This document shows, one piece after another, positions 61,484 to 64,000 of a stretch of 64,000 nt of DNA (position 1 is the first letter of the stretch; every line of letters starts with the position of its first letter). The translations under genes were made by a program, and so were the position numbers. The DNA is taken from the IMG/VR virus record IMGVR_UViG_3300042261_000762, positions 32,001 through 96,000 of that record; one strand, 5' to 3'. This stretch comes from a virus. The notes beneath the pieces were generated by a model. That model did no database searches. It worked only from the letters and a program-made list of their open reading frames with translations, and was not told the DNA's origin.

Positions 61484-63987
61484 TATGTCCAATTTTTATT
61501 TACATAGTTATCAGTATAAATATTTCTATCTGCATTATCAGCCAATAATACTTTTTCAGCGTTAGCAATATAGTATTGATTTAATACATTCCTTATTTCA
61601 TTATCTGGAATTATATCTGTTAATATTCTTAAATTAGTATATTTAATATTAGTTCCTTTTATTTCAATGTCAGATTCATGTGTGAAAGATTGATTTAACG
61701 TATCTGTGTACTTAACATCTTTAACAGTTATATAATCTGTTGATAAATTTCTAGACTCTTCTTGATTATCTACGGGTTTATATCCGGCACTTATTAAATA
61801 AGTATATCCAGTTGAGTCCGCCCAATTTATAGATTCTACTTGATAAGAAGTAGGATTAAAGAACACTATATTATAATCATTTTCTCTTGTGTGCAAATTC
61901 AAAGATAACGTTTGTTGTCTTTGATCTATGTTTATTACAAGAGAATACCAAATATTGGTCAATAGATTTACATTCTGTAATTTATAATATTGTTCATTTA
62001 ATTGGAAATTAATATCTTTTTTGAAATACCATAATCTATATCCTGTTTTAGTAGTTTCATCGTAATTATCTAATAACCAGAAATTAGTATTTTGATCAAC
62101 GTTATATAATTCTATAGCATTTTTATTCGGTTTTTCTGGTGTCCATCCATTATTGAAATTAAACCAACATATTATTGATCTGTTTGTTGATTCCGTAAAA
62201 GTATTATCGGTCTTTTTATATACTATAGCAGTTTTTCCTATAGCCTTACTAAAATCATAATGACTCTTCGATACATCAAAATTACCATTTGTTATTAATT
62301 CTTGAACTCTAATTACTTTATTATTAACAACGTAACGCATAGGATCAAAAGTAAATGGTTTGAATTGTTCGATATTAGCGATCATTTCTTCTTCATTTTT
62401 CTTTTCTGGGCCGAAGAGTTCGCTCATTGTAGTATTTTTTGTAAGAGTATCGAGTAAAGCTTTTGATTCTTCGTGTAAGTTTCTGATGTTTGCTTTTTGT
62501 TCGTATTTTTCTAATATTACTTTATAATAATATCCAGCGTTCATTACGTCTCTGAATACTTGTGCGTGTTTTATGTAATATAATCTATTTATAGGGCACA
62601 TGAATAATATGTCATTCTCTGAAGGACGTGCTGTTATTCCAAATTTACGTTTAAACTCATCTTTCAAAATATGAATTTCGAATGTATCAAAGAGATCAAG
62701 ACTAAATTGATTAAATTTAATCATGTTATCTGGGAATTTATTATCAGGCACAAGAACCTTTATTTTTTTCATATCAACTATATTGAATAATTGATATTCG
62801 TGTAATATCATATCTTCACCATTTGAATCTGGATCTGTTAAATGATAATCAACTTCCCAAGCAAATATGTTATTAACATCATTTGCTAACTTATTAGCAA
62901 ATGCCATAATTTGTGTTATATCATATGGTTTCCATAATGTATCTGTGTTAGCTTGATTCTCTGCTGTCATTCCAGCCATAACTCCACCAGCTGGCACTGT
63001 TCCATTAGAACTTAAAGGGCTCGTGGAATAACAACTTAATCCTTGTGTCCAAAAATTCATATTTAGATCATATGGTGTCATCGCTCCTGTCGGAGTACCA
63101 TTACCTGGTGCTATTCCATAAGATACTCCAGATGTAGTCGGAATATTAAATCCACAAGAATCTGTCGCTCCCGTTGATTGATTTATATAAGGTACTAAAC
63201 AGTCTTGTCTTATTCCATATCTATTTGTTTTCAGATAATTAGCTGAAACGTTTTGAAAATTTCCAGTTAAAATAATATCATAAACGTTATTTGGTTGATC
63301 TGATTCTATATATAATTTCACTTTATATTCAATTCTAGCAAACCTTAAATTATTAAATCTAAAAGTTGATATATTAGATTTTGTAAGTGGTTCCCATTTT
63401 GAATAAGTTCTTCCATTGTCTTGTGTAACTCTATACATAATATCAAGATTACCTGGATCATCCGCTATAATTTGAAAGTCACTCAAAGAGAATATTTTAT
63501 AAATATCTTTTGGTATTAAGATAACTGCGTTGTCCTCTTCTGTGCCTCCAGACAGAGTAAAGGGTCCATCTGTATAATTGAATTCATAATCTCCATAAAT
63601 AACCAATGCTTGTGAGTATTGATCATCCCCAAAATAGATATTAGTTCTTGGGTGTTGTGCGTCATTCGCTCCATCGTCTACTCTCATTATAAAGAACTCA
63701 ATATCAAAAGGAACATTCGGAAGACAAGTTATTCCGGTAATTGATTCTATTGGCATCATGTCACTCCAACAATCTTGACATCTAGCTCCTTCATTGTCAT
63801 ATTTATTTTGATATTTGAAAAATATCTTGACGTATTGCCATGTTTTTTCTCCTCTTATGATGTCAGTATATGCTCTTATATTTTTAACTCCTGTAATGGG
63901 AGCAGTTGGTCTAAGATACAACGTATTGTTTGTTGGGGACAAAATTTGATAACCAATGAAATTCATTGTAAAAGTGCCGTCATACAT
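61483..63987 (-). CDS. Virion structural protein with gp14-like neck (head-completion) domain and C-terminal LamG-like region
   Basis: EDMILHEY...FNQFSLDLFDTFEIHILKDEFKRKFG...RPSENDILF..INRLYYI parallels T4 gp14 (recalled); WYSLVINID-type beta strands. Confidence 0.55.
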   Translation of the reverse strand: MYDGTFTMNFIGYQILSPTNNTLYLRPTAPITGVKNIRAYTDIIRGEKTWQYVKIFFKYQNKYDNEGARCQDCWSDMMPIESITGITCLPNVPFDIEFFIMRVDDGANDAQHPRTNIYFGDDQYSQALVIYGDYEFNYTDGPFTLSGGTEEDNAVILIPKDIYKIFSLSDFQIIADDPGNLDIMYRVTQDNGRTYSKWEPLTKSNISTFRFNNLRFARIEYKVKLYIESDQPNNVYDIILTGNFQNVSANYLKTNRYGIRQDCLVPYINQSTGATDSCGFNIPTTSGVSYGIAPGNGTPTGAMTPYDLNMNFWTQGLSCYSTSPLSSNGTVPAGGVMAGMTAENQANTDTLWKPYDITQIMAFANKLANDVNNIFAWEVDYHLTDPDSNGEDMILHEYQLFNIVDMKKIKVLVPDNKFPDNMIKFNQFSLDLFDTFEIHILKDEFKRKFGITARPSENDILFMCPINRLYYIKHAQVFRDVMNAGYYYKVILEKYEQKANIRNLHEESKALLDTLTKNTTMSELFGPEKKNEEEMIANIEQFKPFTFDPMRYVVNNKVIRVQELITNGNFDVSKSHYDFSKAIGKTAIVYKKTDNTFTESTNRSIICWFNFNNGWTPEKPNKNAIELYNVDQNTNFWLLDNYDETTKTGYRLWYFKKDINFQLNEQYYKLQNVNLLTNIWYSLVINIDQRQQTLSLNLHTRENDYNIVFFNPTSYQVESINWADSTGYTYLISAGYKPVDNQEESRNLSTDYITVKDVKYTDTLNQSFTHESDIEIKGTNIKYTNLRILTDIIPDNEIRNVLNQYYIANAEKVLLADNADRNIYTDNYVNKNWT

Positions 63988-64000
63988 TTTATTTAAGAGA

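Noticed and set aside
2724-63996. Antisense or nested track ORFs (e.g. 2724-3191, 8882-9163, 23042-23317, 24326-24640, 29660-29860, 56336-56650, 59060-59323, 63775-63996)
   Set aside because: Shadows of well-supported genes on the opposite strand or frame, with atypical Phe/Ser/Ile-rich composition.
1-64000. Stop-codon reassignment (TAG=Gln as in Lak phages)
   Set aside because: Conserved enzymes are full length in the standard code, and no CTA/TTA/TCA suppressor tRNA is present in this window.

Overview
Segment of a very AT-rich, gene-dense jumbo/mega-phage genome, T4-like in its structural-protein homologies and standard in genetic code. It most likely infects a Bacteroidota host, judging from TAnnTTTG promoters, a Bacteroidota-type GluRS and FISUMP/secreted proteins. 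It carries a translation and tRNA-maintenance toolkit: EF-G, an RNA ligase, a minimal RNase P RNA, 13 tRNA or tRNA-like genes restricted to Glu/Gln/Met/Ile(UAU), a CCA-adding enzyme, GluRS and glutamine synthetase. Metabolic genes include PPK2, GuaC, Tdk, macro domains, radical SAM proteins, DnaJ and MoxR/vWA. Three things stand out. (1) An unannotated 26-codon leader ORF with a terminator/antiterminator pair lies directly upstream of the tRNA cluster. Its sensing codons match exactly the six anticodon types encoded downstream, so it looks like a ribosome-stalling attenuator that induces phage tRNAs when those tRNAs are depleted. (2) There is a window-wide protein tagging grammar: a T4 capsid-targeting-like N-terminal motif, (I/L)xE junctions, and about 38 copies of a DP(Y/F)(G/N/S)EExW peptide grafted onto unrelated proteins. 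(3) Five tagged genes are each built from a different fragment of a gp23-like major capsid protein, and a clip-deleted gp20-like portal paralogue lies nearby, suggesting structural-protein decoys or interference factors. Family assignments come from recognising motifs by eye; no searches were run.
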